Assembly (NCBI GenBank): GCA_049510745.1
Contig: JBEKYR010000012.1
Span: 74,208-138,207, forward strand
Reading direction: 5' to 3'
Length of the DNA: 64,000 nt
From: Verrucomicrobiota bacterium
Lineage (GTDB): Bacteria; Verrucomicrobiota; Verrucomicrobiia; Limisphaerales; Palsa-1400
Every line of letters starts with the position of its first letter. Position 1 is the first letter of the stretch. Made by a program: the position numbers and the translations under genes. Of this stretch, positions 20,856 through 31,529 are shown piece after piece. The notes below the pieces were generated by a model. That model did no database searches. It was not told the origin of the DNA and saw nothing but the letters and a program-made list of their open reading frames with translations.

Positions 20856-23800
20856 GCATTTCCGAGCCATTCATCCGCCGACCGATCGCCACGTCGCTGC
20901 TCATGGCGGGGGTGCTTCTGATGGGATTCCTGGGCTATGAACTGTTGCCGATCTCGGCCCTGCCCCCGGTTGATTTCCCCACCATCCAGATCGTGGCGCA
21001 ATATCCCGGCGCCAGCCCGGACGTCATGGCCTCGTCGGTCACCACGCCGTTGGAGCGGCAATTCGGCCAGATCAGCGGGCTTTCGCAGATGACTTCCATC
21101 AGTTCGTTCGGCACGACGACCATCACCCTCCAGTTCACGCTGGATCGGAACATAGATTCCGCCGCCCAAGACGTGCAGGCGGCCATCAACGCGGCCAGCG
21201 GCGTGCTGCCCACCGGCATGCCCAACCCGCCGATCTTTAACAAAGTCAACCCCGCCGACACCCCAATCCTGACCCTCCAACTGACGTCCAAGGAACTCCC
21301 GCTGGCCAAAGTCAACGACCTGGCCGACACGGTTCTGGCCCAAAAATTGAGCGAAGTCACCGGCGTGGGGCTGGTCACCATCGAGGGCAATCAGAAACCG
21401 GCCGTTCGAGTGCGGATCAATCCGGCGGTCCTCGCCACTCTGGGACTGGGGATGGAAGACGTGCGCAGCGCCCTGATGTTGAACAACATCAATCTGCCCA
21501 AAGGCAGTTTCGACGGCCGCCAGCAGGCCTATGCCATCGGCGCCAACGACCAGCTTTTCTCCGCCGCCGATTTCGGCAACGTCATCGTCAAAGTGGTCAA
21601 CGGAGCGCCGATCCGCCTCAAGGACATCGGCGAGGTGGTGGACGACGTGGAGAACGTGCATCTCGCGGGATGGGTCAACAATAAGTCTGCCGTGATCGTG
21701 GACATCCAGCGCCAGCCCGGGGCCAACATCATCCAGACGGCCGACCGGGTCAAGGCCTTGCTGCCCCGGCTGCGCACGAGCATCCCGCCCTCCATCAACA
21801 TCAAGGTCTTCAGCGATCGCACCGAGATGATCCGCGCGTCGATTCACGACGTTCAGTTTACGCTCCTCCTCACGATCGGGCTGGTGGTCATGGTCATCTT
21901 CCTGTTTCTACGCACCCTCTGGGCGACGGTGATTACGAGCGTGGCGCTGCCTCTGGCCATCGTCGGCACCTTCGGCCTGATGTACCTGATGGGATTCAGC
22001 CTGGACAATCTTTCGCTCATGGCGCTGACCATCTCGACCGGCTTCGTGGTGGACGATGCGATAGTCATGATCGAAAACATCGTCCGCTTCATCGAAGGGG
22101 GAGAGCCGCCCATGATCGCCGCGCTCAAAGGAGCCAAGCAGATCGGTTTCACCGTCGTCTCCCTGAGCCTTTCGCTCATCGGCGTCTTCATTCCATTGAT
22201 ATTCATGTCGGGCATTGTCGGGCGTCTGTTTCGTGAATTCGCCATCACGATGAGCGCGGCCGTGGTGGTCTCAATGATAGTCTCGCTGACGCTCACGCCG
22301 ATGATGTGTTCGCGGCTCCTGCGCCCGGAAAATGAAAGCCATCATGGAGGCCTGTGGCATTGGTCGGAGAGATTTTTCCGGGGATTTCTCGCGCTCTACG
22401 AACGGGGCCTGAAGTGGGTTCTGGCCCACCAACCACTCACCCTCATGGTCGCCGTGGCCACTCTTATCGGCACGATCTGGCTGTATGTCATGATCCCCAA
22501 GGGGCTTCTGCCCTTGCAGGACACGGGCATGATCATCGGCGTGACCGATGCCGCCCAGTCGATTTCGTTTCGGGCCATGGTCGAACGGCAGCGGCGGGTG
22601 GCGGAAGTAGCGGCGCAAGACCGGGACGTTGCCAGCGTGGCGTCGTTTGTCGGCGCCGGAACGGTCAATCCAACCGCCAACTCCGGGCGCCTTTACATCA
22701 GCCTTAAACCCCGCGATCAACGCAAATCCGGTGTGGCCGAGGTGATAGACCGGTTGCGCGAAGCGACGCGCTCGCTCCAGGGGATTTCCCTCTTCATGCA
22801 GGCCGTGCAGGATGTCCAGATAGACAGCCGTGTCAGCCGCACGCAATACCAATACACGCTGCAGGACGCCGACGAGCAGGAACTGGGCGAATGGGCGCCG
22901 CGCCTCGTGGCCGCCTTGTCCGCCAGGCCGGAGTTGGCCGACGTGGCCAGCGATCAACAGTCCAGGGGCTTTGGACTCAACGTGGAAGTAGATCGCGACA
23001 AAGCCTCCCAGTTGAACATCATGCCCCAGGCGATTGACGACGTGCTCTACGACGCCTTCGGCCAGCGGCAGGTCACGATCATTTTCACCCAACTCAACCA
23101 GTACCGGGTCATCCTGGAAGCCGAACCGCATTTCCAACTCAACCCCGCCGCGCTGGATAAAATCTACGTCAAGTCCACCACCGGGCAGATGGTGCCGTTG
23201 GGCGCGTTTGCCTCGGTCACCACCCAGACGGTCCCGCTGGTCATATTGCACGAAGGCCAGTTCCCGGCCGTGACCCTCTCCTTCAACCTGGGAGCGGACA
23301 GTTCGCTTGACGCGGCCGTCAAGGCCATCGCCGCGGCTGAAAAGGACATTAAATTGCCCGAAACCATAGCTACGAGTTTTTCCGGCAGCGCCGCGGAATT
23401 CCGCTCTTCCCTGAAAACCGAACCGCTTCTTATCCTGGCGGCCGTCATTGTCATCTACATCATTCTCGGCGTCCTCTACGAGAGCTACATTCATCCGATC
23501 ACCATTCTTTCGAGCCTGCCTTCCGCCGGAGTGGGCGCGTTGCTCGCCTTGATGCTCTTCCACATCGAACTGTCCCTGGTTTCCCTCATCGGCATCATCC
23601 TGCTCATCGGCATCGTCCAGAAAAACGCCATTATGATGATTGACTTCGCCCTGGACGCCGAGCGGGAGGAGCATTTGCCGCCCGAACAATCCATTTACAA
23701 GGCCTGCAAGCTGCGCTTCCGTCCGATTATGATGACGACTATGGCCGCCCTCTTGGGCGCCCTGCCCCTGGCCCTGCAAAACGGCAACGGCTCCGAGCTG

Positions 23801-23995
23801 CGCCGTCCCCTGGGCGTGGCCATCGTCGGCGGCCTGCTGGTCTCCCAATGCCTGACACTTTACACGACGCCGGTGATCTACCTTTACATGGGAAGACTCA
23901 GCCATTGGGCCAAACGCTGGCGCGCAGCCGCCGGACTGGAAGAAGTTGAACCGGTGCGAGGCGCAGGGAAAGAGGCGCCGGCCTCCGTGGCATGA
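20852..23995 (+). CDS. mdtB: RND efflux permease (MdtB-like)
   Basis: GTG start overlapping the mdtA stop; FIRRPIATSLL, VVDDAIVMIENI, RFRPIMMTT. Confidence 0.9.
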   Translation: MSISEPFIRRPIATSLLMAGVLLMGFLGYELLPISALPPVDFPTIQIVAQYPGASPDVMASSVTTPLERQFGQISGLSQMTSISSFGTTTITLQFTLDRNIDSAAQDVQAAINAASGVLPTGMPNPPIFNKVNPADTPILTLQLTSKELPLAKVNDLADTVLAQKLSEVTGVGLVTIEGNQKPAVRVRINPAVLATLGLGMEDVRSALMLNNINLPKGSFDGRQQAYAIGANDQLFSAADFGNVIVKVVNGAPIRLKDIGEVVDDVENVHLAGWVNNKSAVIVDIQRQPGANIIQTADRVKALLPRLRTSIPPSINIKVFSDRTEMIRASIHDVQFTLLLTIGLVVMVIFLFLRTLWATVITSVALPLAIVGTFGLMYLMGFSLDNLSLMALTISTGFVVDDAIVMIENIVRFIEGGEPPMIAALKGAKQIGFTVVSLSLSLIGVFIPLIFMSGIVGRLFREFAITMSAAVVVSMIVSLTLTPMMCSRLLRPENESHHGGLWHWSERFFRGFLALYERGLKWVLAHQPLTLMVAVATLIGTIWLYVMIPKGLLPLQDTGMIIGVTDAAQSISFRAMVERQRRVAEVAAQDRDVASVASFVGAGTVNPTANSGRLYISLKPRDQRKSGVAEVIDRLREATRSLQGISLFMQAVQDVQIDSRVSRTQYQYTLQDADEQELGEWAPRLVAALSARPELADVASDQQSRGFGLNVEVDRDKASQLNIMPQAIDDVLYDAFGQRQVTIIFTQLNQYRVILEAEPHFQLNPAALDKIYVKSTTGQMVPLGAFASVTTQTVPLVILHEGQFPAVTLSFNLGADSSLDAAVKAIAAAEKDIKLPETIATSFSGSAAEFRSSLKTEPLLILAAVIVIYIILGVLYESYIHPITILSSLPSAGVGALLALMLFHIELSLVSLIGIILLIGIVQKNAIMMIDFALDAEREEHLPPEQSIYKACKLRFRPIMMTTMAALLGALPLALQNGNGSELRRPLGVAIVGGLLVSQCLTLYTTPVIYLYMGRLSHWAKRWRAAAGLEEVEPVRGAGKEAPASVA

Positions 23996-26900
23996 GCATT
24001 TCCGAGCCATTCATCCGCCGGCCCATCGGCACGTCGCTGCTGGCCATGGGGCTGTTTCTCACGGGCATGACGGCCTATCGCTCGCTCCCCGTGGCATCCG
24101 TGCCCCGGGTGGATTATCCCATGGTCTCGGTCGGGGCGTCGTTGCCCGGAGCGGACCCGTCCACGGTGGCCTCGTCGCTGGCCGCGCCGCTGGAACGGCG
24201 CCTGGGACAAATCGCGGGGGTCAATGAAATGACCTCCGTCAGCACGCTGGGGGGGTGCAACATCAGCATTCAATTTGATTTGAACCGGCCGGTGGACGGT
24301 GCGGCGCGCGATGTGCAGGCGGCCATCAACGCCGCCGCCAGTGAACTGCCCCTGAACCTCCCCGGGCCGCCCACCTACCGCAAGGTCAATCCGGCCGACG
24401 CCCCCATTCTCATCATGGGCATGGTTTCCGACAACCTCCCGCCGACGGAGGTTTTTGAGGTGGCGGATGAAATCGTCGGCCAGCGCCTCAGCCAGGTGGA
24501 AGGGGTCAGCCAGGTCCTGGTCACCGGGGCGGAGAAATCAGCCGTGCGGGTCCAGATCAACCCGGCCCGGCTTGCCACCACCGGGCTGAGCCTGGAGGAT
24601 GTGCGCGGGTTGATCGGCAAGGTCAATGTGGATTCGCCCAAGGGGAGCATTGAAGACAGAAATATGTTTTACGCCTTGACGAGCAACGACAAGAATTTTG
24701 AGGCCAAAGATTATCACTCCCTCATCCTCACCCAATCCAACGGCGTGCCCATCCGGCTGAGCAGCCTGGGCAACATTGTGGACGGGGTGGAGAACGCCCT
24801 CATCGCCGGATGGGTCGGCACCAAGCCGGCCGTCATCCTGCTGGTTTTCAAGCAGCCCGATGCCAATGTGATCGAAACGGTGGACCGGATCCGGGCCGTC
24901 TTGCCGCAAGTGAAACGTTGGATTCCGCCGGCGGTGAAAATCCTCATCACGTCCGACCGCACGGTGACGATCCACACGTCGGTCAACGATGTTCAAGTCT
25001 CCCTCACCCTGAGCGTGATCCTGGTGGTGCTGGTGATATTTCTTTTCTTGCGGCGCTTCTGGCCGACGTTCATCGCCAGCATCAGCATTCCGCTGGCCCT
25101 TTCCGGCACGTTCGCCTTCATGTACCTGCTGCATTACAGCCTGGATAACCTCTCGCTCATGGCCATCACCATCTCGGTCGGTTTTGTGGTGGACGACGCC
25201 ATCGTCGTGATCGAGAACATATACCGGCACATAGAGCACGGAGAAAAGCCGATGGCGGCGGCGCTGGAAGGGGCGCGGCAGATTGGTTTCACGGTCGTTT
25301 CCATGAGCACGTCGCTGGTGGCGGTCTTCATTCCGCTGCTTTTCATGGGCGGGTTGATTGGCCGGCTGTTCCATGAATTTGCGGTGACGCTAAGCCTGGC
25401 CATCCTGGTATCAGGGGTCATCTCGCTGACGTTGACGCCGATGCTCTGCTCGCGCTTCTTGAAATCGCAGGCTTCTTATGGAAAGCCCGGTCCCTTTTAC
25501 CGGGCCAGTGAATGGGTTTTTAAACGGCTGTTGGCCGTTTACGAACAGGGCCTGCGCTGGGTGCTGCGCCATCAGCCGTTGATGCTGGCCATCACCTTCA
25601 TCACGCTGGGCTTCACCGTCTTTGTGTATGCCGAGATTCCCAAGGGGTTCTTTCCGCAACAAGACACCGGCTCGATCAGCGGGACGACCGACGCCGCCCA
25701 GGATATTTCCTTCAGCGCCATGTCGCGCCTGCAGGACCAGATGGCGCGAATCGTCCTGGCGGACCCCGCCGTGGAGACGCTCGGCTCGTTCATCGGGGCC
25801 TCCTCCGGCAGCACGACTGTCAACAATGGCCGGATGTTCATCACCCTGAAACCGCGCAGCCAGCGGCCCGGAAAAGTGTCCGCCGATCAGATCATCGCCC
25901 GCCTGCGCCGAAAGACCTCCGGCATCCCGAAGGTGACGTTGATTCTGCAAGCCGTCCAGGACATCCGGGTGGGGGGACGGATGAGCAAAGGCCAATACCA
26001 GTATTCGCTGCAATCCTCCAGCCTGGACGACCTGAACCGCTGGACGCCCCTGCTCATGAGCAAGCTGAAAAAGATTCCCCAACTCAAGGATGTCAGCAGC
26101 GACCAGCAAACCCGCGGCCTGCAAGCCAGCGTGGTGGTGGACCGCGACGCGGCGGCGCGCCTGGGGATTTCGCCCCAGGTGATTGATGACACCCTTTACG
26201 ACGCCTTTGGCCAGCGGCAGGTTTCGACCGTGTATAAACGATACAACCAGCATCACGTCGTTCTTGAAGTCGATCCGTCCTACCTTAAAAGCCCGGATTC
26301 CCTGCAAAAAATCTTCGTCAAATCCACCCGGGGAAAGTTGGTTCCGCTGGCCGCCCTGGCGAGATTTCAGGACACCAACACCTACCTCTCCGTCAACCAC
26401 CAGGGCCAGTTTCCCGCCGTGACCATCTCGTTCAACCTGGACCCCGGCACTTCCTTGGGCCAGGCGACCGATTTGATCCAGCAAGCCGCGCGCGAGTTGA
26501 ACCTGCCCGCAACCGTGCAAGGCAGCTTCCAGGGAACGGCCCAGATGTTCCAGGCCTCGCTCAGTTCCCTTCCCCTGCTCCTGGCCGCCGCGCTCCTGGC
26601 GGTATATATCGTTCTGGGCATGCTCTATGAAAGCCTCATCCATCCGCTGACCATCCTGTCCAGCCTCCCCTCCGCCGGGCTGGGCGCCCTGCTGGCGCTC
26701 ATGCTCTTCGGCATGGACCTGTCGCTGGTCTCGTTCATCGGCATCATTCTCCTCATGGGAATAGTCAAGAAGAACGCCATCATGATGGTGGATTTCGCCC
26801 TGGTCGCCGAACGCGAGGAGAAACTCCGCCCCGAGGAGGCCATTTACAAGGCCTGCGTCATCCGTTTCCGGCCGATCATGATGACCACGATGGCCGCCTT

Positions 26901-27132
26901 TTGCGGCTCGATCCCGCTGGCCCTCGGCCTGGGCACCGGCTCCGAACTGCGCCGGCCCCTGGGCGTTTCCGTCGTGGGCGGCCTGCTCATTTCCCAGGTG
27001 CTGACCCTCTACACCACCCCGGTTGTCTATCTGGCTTTCGAACACGCCCGCGACAGAGTCCGCTCCTGGCGACGGCGCGGCAAAGCGCCCGCCCCGCTGA
27101 CCCAACCCGCCCCTCCCGCGCTCCCCGCCTGA
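23992..27132 (+). CDS. mdtC: RND efflux permease (MdtC-like)
   Basis: Second RND paralog with ATGA overlap; VVDDAIVVIENI, GIVKKNAIMMVDFAL. Confidence 0.9.
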   Translation: MSISEPFIRRPIGTSLLAMGLFLTGMTAYRSLPVASVPRVDYPMVSVGASLPGADPSTVASSLAAPLERRLGQIAGVNEMTSVSTLGGCNISIQFDLNRPVDGAARDVQAAINAAASELPLNLPGPPTYRKVNPADAPILIMGMVSDNLPPTEVFEVADEIVGQRLSQVEGVSQVLVTGAEKSAVRVQINPARLATTGLSLEDVRGLIGKVNVDSPKGSIEDRNMFYALTSNDKNFEAKDYHSLILTQSNGVPIRLSSLGNIVDGVENALIAGWVGTKPAVILLVFKQPDANVIETVDRIRAVLPQVKRWIPPAVKILITSDRTVTIHTSVNDVQVSLTLSVILVVLVIFLFLRRFWPTFIASISIPLALSGTFAFMYLLHYSLDNLSLMAITISVGFVVDDAIVVIENIYRHIEHGEKPMAAALEGARQIGFTVVSMSTSLVAVFIPLLFMGGLIGRLFHEFAVTLSLAILVSGVISLTLTPMLCSRFLKSQASYGKPGPFYRASEWVFKRLLAVYEQGLRWVLRHQPLMLAITFITLGFTVFVYAEIPKGFFPQQDTGSISGTTDAAQDISFSAMSRLQDQMARIVLADPAVETLGSFIGASSGSTTVNNGRMFITLKPRSQRPGKVSADQIIARLRRKTSGIPKVTLILQAVQDIRVGGRMSKGQYQYSLQSSSLDDLNRWTPLLMSKLKKIPQLKDVSSDQQTRGLQASVVVDRDAAARLGISPQVIDDTLYDAFGQRQVSTVYKRYNQHHVVLEVDPSYLKSPDSLQKIFVKSTRGKLVPLAALARFQDTNTYLSVNHQGQFPAVTISFNLDPGTSLGQATDLIQQAARELNLPATVQGSFQGTAQMFQASLSSLPLLLAAALLAVYIVLGMLYESLIHPLTILSSLPSAGLGALLALMLFGMDLSLVSFIGIILLMGIVKKNAIMMVDFALVAEREEKLRPEEAIYKACVIRFRPIMMTTMAAFCGSIPLALGLGTGSELRRPLGVSVVGGLLISQVLTLYTTPVVYLAFEHARDRVRSWRRRGKAPAPLTQPAPPALPA

Positions 27133-27153
27133 CCTCCGAATGGAAGGAAGCAG

Positions 27154-27522
27154 ATGGCTGTAAACAATAAAACGCCCGGGCCGGACCGCTCACGCCGGGG
27201 CGGGGCGCGACTCAGGATCATTGGCGTCCTTGTCCTGCTGCTGGGCCTTGGCGGCGCGGGCGTGGTCTATTGGACGGGCGCTCCTCCGGAGGATTTGTCC
27301 GACGACCCGTCCACGGCGAGGGCTTACAAGAGAGAGGCGCGGGAGGTTGAAATCAATTTCGGCAAAATGGGCCTGTTGATGAACGGTTTATGGGAGGACT
27401 TAAAACACCCGGGCACCCAGGCCGCCATGATCGCGGCGGCGTCGATCCTTGCGGCCTCCGGTTGTTTTTACTTTGCCCGATTGCAGGGCCGCGGGGATGA
27501 ATCGGACGGCCCGGCCGTTTGA
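27154..27522 (+). CDS. Small membrane protein, hypothetical
   Basis: Two hydrophobic segments; follows mdtC. Confidence 0.55.
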   Translation: MAVNNKTPGPDRSRRGGARLRIIGVLVLLLGLGGAGVVYWTGAPPEDLSDDPSTARAYKREAREVEINFGKMGLLMNGLWEDLKHPGTQAAMIAAASILAASGCFYFARLQGRGDESDGPAV

Positions 27523-27587
27523 ACTGCCCCACGGCTGCTGCTGTTTGGTTTCTCCAGGCTGCGGCCATGATCGAGCCGAACCGGAGT

Positions 27588-27758
27588 TCATTTCACCGCC
27601 GCGAGGTGATCTTCGCGCCTATAAAGTTTGACGCCTGGACGACGTGCCATCTTGCGATAGTATTCGCCCGCCTTCTTCGGGTCGTAGTTGAATTGTTTTG
27701 CCATCTTGCGGCGGATTTCCCGGAGCCATTCCAAACCGTCATCATGTTTCGTTTTCAT
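27588..27758 (-). CDS. Putative antitoxin downstream of the PIN toxin
   Basis: MKTKHDDGLEWLREIRRKMAKQFNYD; overlaps the PIN gene stop. Confidence 0.6.
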   Translation of the reverse strand: MKTKHDDGLEWLREIRRKMAKQFNYDPKKAGEYYRKMARRPGVKLYRREDHLAAVK

Positions 27759-28230
27759 CGTCATTTTCCAGGAGTTGGAGCGGCGTGGCCAGCGCGGGGG
27801 TCTCCAGGCCAAGCCATGCGTTCACGCGCCGGATTTGCGGCAGTTTGTTCGTGTTTGCGATGTGCTTGCAGTTCCACGTGACCAATATATCACAGTGATG
27901 GAAGGAGGCGAGGGCCAAATGATGGGCGTCGCCCAGCGCCTCGGCAGGCATGAGCTTGTGCGCCAGGTACACCGCGACGATTTCGTCGATCTCCGGGTCT
28001 GGCGGCAGAACTTCCAAATCCTGGATTAAGTCCAGAGCCGCTTGGCGCTTCGGGGGCGGCGATTGGGCAAGTTCGGCAAGAACTGGAAAGCCGGTGACAA
28101 GAACCGTTTCAGGCTTGGGCAGACTCCACCAGAGGCGAGTCCACTTGCGCCGGGCCTGCATTTCGACATTTGACCGGGTGTCAAAATAAAAACTCGGAAC
28201 GCTGGTTTCGACGTAAATGAGAACGTCCAT
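27742..28230 (-). CDS. PIN-domain (VapC-like) toxin
   Basis: YVETSVPS, VLAEL, DAHHLALA, LVTWNCKHIAN. Confidence 0.85.
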   Translation of the reverse strand: MDVLIYVETSVPSFYFDTRSNVEMQARRKWTRLWWSLPKPETVLVTGFPVLAELAQSPPPKRQAALDLIQDLEVLPPDPEIDEIVAVYLAHKLMPAEALGDAHHLALASFHHCDILVTWNCKHIANTNKLPQIRRVNAWLGLETPALATPLQLLENDDENET

Positions 28231-28255
28231 CACCGGACTTATACCCTCACCGCCG

Positions 28256-29341
28256 TTAGTTGTCAATAATCAGTTGCGGCTGGAGGGTGATGGGCTTGCC
28301 CTCGACGTTGCGCTGGGGCGGCAGACCCAGCAACCGGCGGGCTTCGCCGATGACGTAATCCCATTGCAAAGCCGGGCCGGGGTCCACCTTGTTGGTCTGG
28401 ATATGGTAATGGCCCATCACGCCCCGGTACTGTTTCAATTCGGCCGGGGGCAGTTTGTGGGTCATCAGTCTGCCGTCGGCCTCGCGGGGGTAGTCGCAGT
28501 TGATTTGCGGAAAGACGGCGCAGAGGGCGGCGGTCAACCTGGCCAGGGCCTTGTATTGCTGGGGCGTGAAATCGTATTGGCGCTGTTGCTTTCCCTGCAC
28601 CTCGCCCACGATCATTTCGCGGCGGGCGGGGCGCCCGGTGAAATGCGGGGTGCGTTCGGGCGAGGGGCCGAATCTTTCGGGGATGGTGATGACGGTCCGA
28701 CCGAGGGCGTCCTTCTTATACCAATCGGCCAGCGGGCTTTTTTCGGCATCGCCGTAGGAACCCATGTTGGCGATTTCGACGCCAATGGAGCGGCCATTGG
28801 AAGTGGTGGCGTGCCGGGCGCGCTCCTTCAAGTCGAGCGTCTGGTAAAGGGTCCCATCCAGGTCGAGCATGAAATGGACGCTCAAATCGCGCACGTCCTG
28901 GAGGATTTTGAAGCAGGTGCGGGAAGTGCCGGCGACATCGAAGTGCAGGACGAACTGATCGACGTTGGATTGGAGGGTGGGCAGGTCCCAGCCGCCGCCG
29001 CGGACGCGTTCGAGTTGTTCCGGGGTGAGGTTGCCGTCGCGCAGGCCGTAGCGGTTGGGCGAGCGGGGCGGATCGAGGTGAGGCTTGGAGGTTTCCCAAT
29101 CCGATTGGTCATAGGGGACGAAGCGGCGTTCGACGCGATAGGCGTCGTAACCCCCCGGGTCCATCCACAGCACCACCGGCGTGCCGGTGTGAAACAACTG
29201 GCCGGCAACAACAATTTCATCCCCCTTCCTCTTCGCGTGCGCGCCGGGGGAGTGACAGAGGCAGCCGGAAAGAAACAACGGACCCAGCAGAAGAAGCAGC
29301 GGGGCCGCGCAGCGTCTGGAAAGAAGGCCGTTCATCGGCAT
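28256..29341 (-). CDS. N-acetylmuramoyl-L-alanine amidase (Amidase_2), lipoprotein
   Basis: LSG-C lipobox; FVLHFD, SVHFMLD.DGTLYQ, HA..SIGVEI, GHYH..KVDPG. Confidence 0.85.
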   Translation of the reverse strand: MPMNGLLSRRCAAPLLLLLGPLFLSGCLCHSPGAHAKRKGDEIVVAGQLFHTGTPVVLWMDPGGYDAYRVERRFVPYDQSDWETSKPHLDPPRSPNRYGLRDGNLTPEQLERVRGGGWDLPTLQSNVDQFVLHFDVAGTSRTCFKILQDVRDLSVHFMLDLDGTLYQTLDLKERARHATTSNGRSIGVEIANMGSYGDAEKSPLADWYKKDALGRTVITIPERFGPSPERTPHFTGRPARREMIVGEVQGKQQRQYDFTPQQYKALARLTAALCAVFPQINCDYPREADGRLMTHKLPPAELKQYRGVMGHYHIQTNKVDPGPALQWDYVIGEARRLLGLPPQRNVEGKPITLQPQLIIDN

Positions 29342-29363
29342 GGCTCGGTGGAGTGGCGGAACT

Positions 29364-29519
29364 TCAGTGGTGGAGGATGGCGATCTTGGTCACGCCGAGG
29401 ACAAAGCCAAGCACGGCAAGAATCAAAAGCCAGAAGGCGCCCTTGACGGCCATCACGACGCCCGCGACCAGGATGGCCGCCATAATCAGGTAAACAATCA
29501 TCGCCAAAAAGATATTCAT
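29364..29519 (-). CDS. 51-aa two-helix membrane protein
   Basis: Manual translation MNIFLAMIVYLIMAAILVAGVVMAVKGAFWLLILAVLGFVLGVTKIAILHH (too short for the ORF track). Confidence 0.65.
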   Translation of the reverse strand: MNIFLAMIVYLIMAAILVAGVVMAVKGAFWLLILAVLGFVLGVTKIAILHH

Positions 29520-29573
29520 CAGGCGGTCAGTTTAGCGGAAGGTTTGCGGGAGGCAAGTTTGGAGAACGGCGGG

Positions 29574-29801
29574 TTAACGTTTGCGCGTTCCGTTTTTCTT
29601 CACCGGAAGGTTCTTGACGGCAACGATGTGAAGGGGGTCGAGCCAGGCAATCTCACGATCTTCGTCCAAGACGGCCAAAGCGGACTCACTAATCAAGATG
29701 CACTCGGGGTGAGTTACCGGGTACTCGCGCCCGTCGGACGTTCTCAGGGAAAACGGCCGGAAACCCGAAGCGAGTCGTTGTCGCAAACGCGCGATGTTCA
29801 T
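29574..29801 (-). CDS. Small hypothetical protein
   Basis: FRPFSLRTSDGREYPVTHPE; strong TTGACA-17-TAGTTT promoter immediately upstream. Confidence 0.65.
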   Translation of the reverse strand: MNIARLRQRLASGFRPFSLRTSDGREYPVTHPECILISESALAVLDEDREIAWLDPLHIVAVKNLPVKKNGTRKR

Positions 29802-29848
29802 GGGCCAAAACTACGATTTGTTCGCTGGGCTGTCAATCTGCGGCCCCT

Positions 29849-30844
29849 TCACAATTTCCGGGCGAGAAACTCCTCCAGCTTGACGGCGTCGGCCGCGAAG
29901 GTGCGGATGCCCTCGGCCAATTTCTCGGTCGCCATGGCGTTTTCATTGAGCATCCAGCGGAAGGTTTTTTCGTTGACCGCCAGCCGGGCCAGCCGGGCGT
30001 CGCGGCTCGTCTCCGGCGACAATTTGCGCGGGACCGGGTCGGTGCTGTTCTTCATTTCGGCCAGCAATTCCGGGCTGATGGTGAGCAGGTCGCATCCGGC
30101 CAATTCGAGGGCTTCACCCTTGCTGCGGAAGCTGGCGCCCATGACTTCGGTGGGATGACCAAAGGTTTTGTAATAGGCGTAAATCTCCCGGACCGACTGG
30201 ACGCCCGGGTCTTCGGCGGGGGCGTATTCCCGCTTGTTGGTTTTTTTGTACCAGTCAAGAATGCGTCCGACAAACGGGGAAATCAATTTCGCGCCCGCCT
30301 CGGCGGCGCCGACGGCCTGGGCCATGGAAAAGAGCAGGGTCATGTTGCAGTTGATGCCTTCCTTTTGCAGGATGCGGGCGGCCTGGATGCCCTCCCAGGT
30401 GGTGGCCAGCTTGATCAACACCCGTTCGCGGGGCACGCCGGCCTTGGCGTAACGCTCGATGAAGAGCCGCCCTTCGGCCACCAGCGCTTCGGTGTCAAAC
30501 GCAATTTTGGCGCTGGTTTCCGTCGAGACGCGGCCGGGGACGATTTTCAGAATCTCCAGGCCGAACAACACCAGCAGCGTCCGCATGACATCGTCCGGGG
30601 ATTGCGCGCTCTTTTTGCCGTCCTGCGCGGCCTTGGCGACCAGCGCCTGGTATTCGGGTTTTTGGGCGGCCTTGAGGATCAAGGTGGGATTGGTCGTGGC
30701 GTCCTCGGGGGCGTATTGCTTCAGAAGCGCGAAGTCGCCGGTGTCGGCGACGACGCGGGTGAATTTTTTCAGTTGCTCGAGTTGGTTCAGGCCGGGGCGG
30801 GACGGAACGGTTTGACTTTTTTCGGGTGTAACGCTGGCATTCAT
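29849..30844 (-). CDS. tal: Transaldolase
   Basis: [49 protein letters not shown]. Confidence 0.97.
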   Translation of the reverse strand: MNASVTPEKSQTVPSRPGLNQLEQLKKFTRVVADTGDFALLKQYAPEDATTNPTLILKAAQKPEYQALVAKAAQDGKKSAQSPDDVMRTLLVLFGLEILKIVPGRVSTETSAKIAFDTEALVAEGRLFIERYAKAGVPRERVLIKLATTWEGIQAARILQKEGINCNMTLLFSMAQAVGAAEAGAKLISPFVGRILDWYKKTNKREYAPAEDPGVQSVREIYAYYKTFGHPTEVMGASFRSKGEALELAGCDLLTISPELLAEMKNSTDPVPRKLSPETSRDARLARLAVNEKTFRWMLNENAMATEKLAEGIRTFAADAVKLEEFLARKL

Positions 30845-30970
30845 AAGCGGTCTCTGGGAATTAAGTTGGCGCATCGGGGGCGCGGACGCAACGGCAAAGA
30901 GGGCGCAAAAGGGTGTCGCGCAAAAGGGTTGAAATCGGGGCGGAGATCGTGTTAGCCTGCTTGAAATCTT

Positions 30971-31519
30971 ATGAATCCGTTGATGATCACGGCTGGCCTT
31001 GTGAGCTTCGGATGCGCGCTGTCGGTCGCGCCAATTGCCCTGGGCCGGTCCCTGCCGAAACTGACCGTCTCCAGCGCGGCCTTTGCCGAGGGCGCGCCTA
31101 TTCCGGTGAAGTACACCTGCCAGGGGGACGATATTTCGCCCCCGCTGCAATGGGCGGGCGCGCCCGCGGCGACAAAGAGCTTCGCCTTGATTTGCGACGA
31201 TCCGGACGCCCCCGTGGGGACATGGGTCCATTGGGTGCTTTACAATTTGCCGCCCACCGCCGCCGCGCTGTCCGAGAAGACGCCCAAATCCAAGGTTCTC
31301 GCCAATGGCGCGGCGCAGGGATTGAACAGTTCCGGGCAGACCGGCTACCAGGGGCCATGTCCGCCGGGAGGCAAGGCGCATCGCTATTTTTTCAAGTTGT
31401 ATGCGTTGGACGCGACGGTGTCACTGGAAGGCCGCGTGACGAAGGAAGAATTGCTCAAGGCGATGGAAGGCCACATTCTGGGCATCGGCCAGATCATGGG
31501 CACCTATCAGCGGCAGTAA
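30971..31519 (+). CDS. YbhB/YbcL (PEBP/RKIP-like) protein, secreted
   Basis: [33 protein letters not shown]. Confidence 0.92.
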   Translation: MNPLMITAGLVSFGCALSVAPIALGRSLPKLTVSSAAFAEGAPIPVKYTCQGDDISPPLQWAGAPAATKSFALICDDPDAPVGTWVHWVLYNLPPTAAALSEKTPKSKVLANGAAQGLNSSGQTGYQGPCPPGGKAHRYFFKLYALDATVSLEGRVTKEELLKAMEGHILGIGQIMGTYQRQ

Positions 31520-31529
31520 AAAGAATCCT

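Noticed and set aside
30845..31381. N-terminal extension of transaldolase in the ORF track
   Set aside because: Overlaps the divergent YbhB/YbcL gene; the real start is most likely 30844
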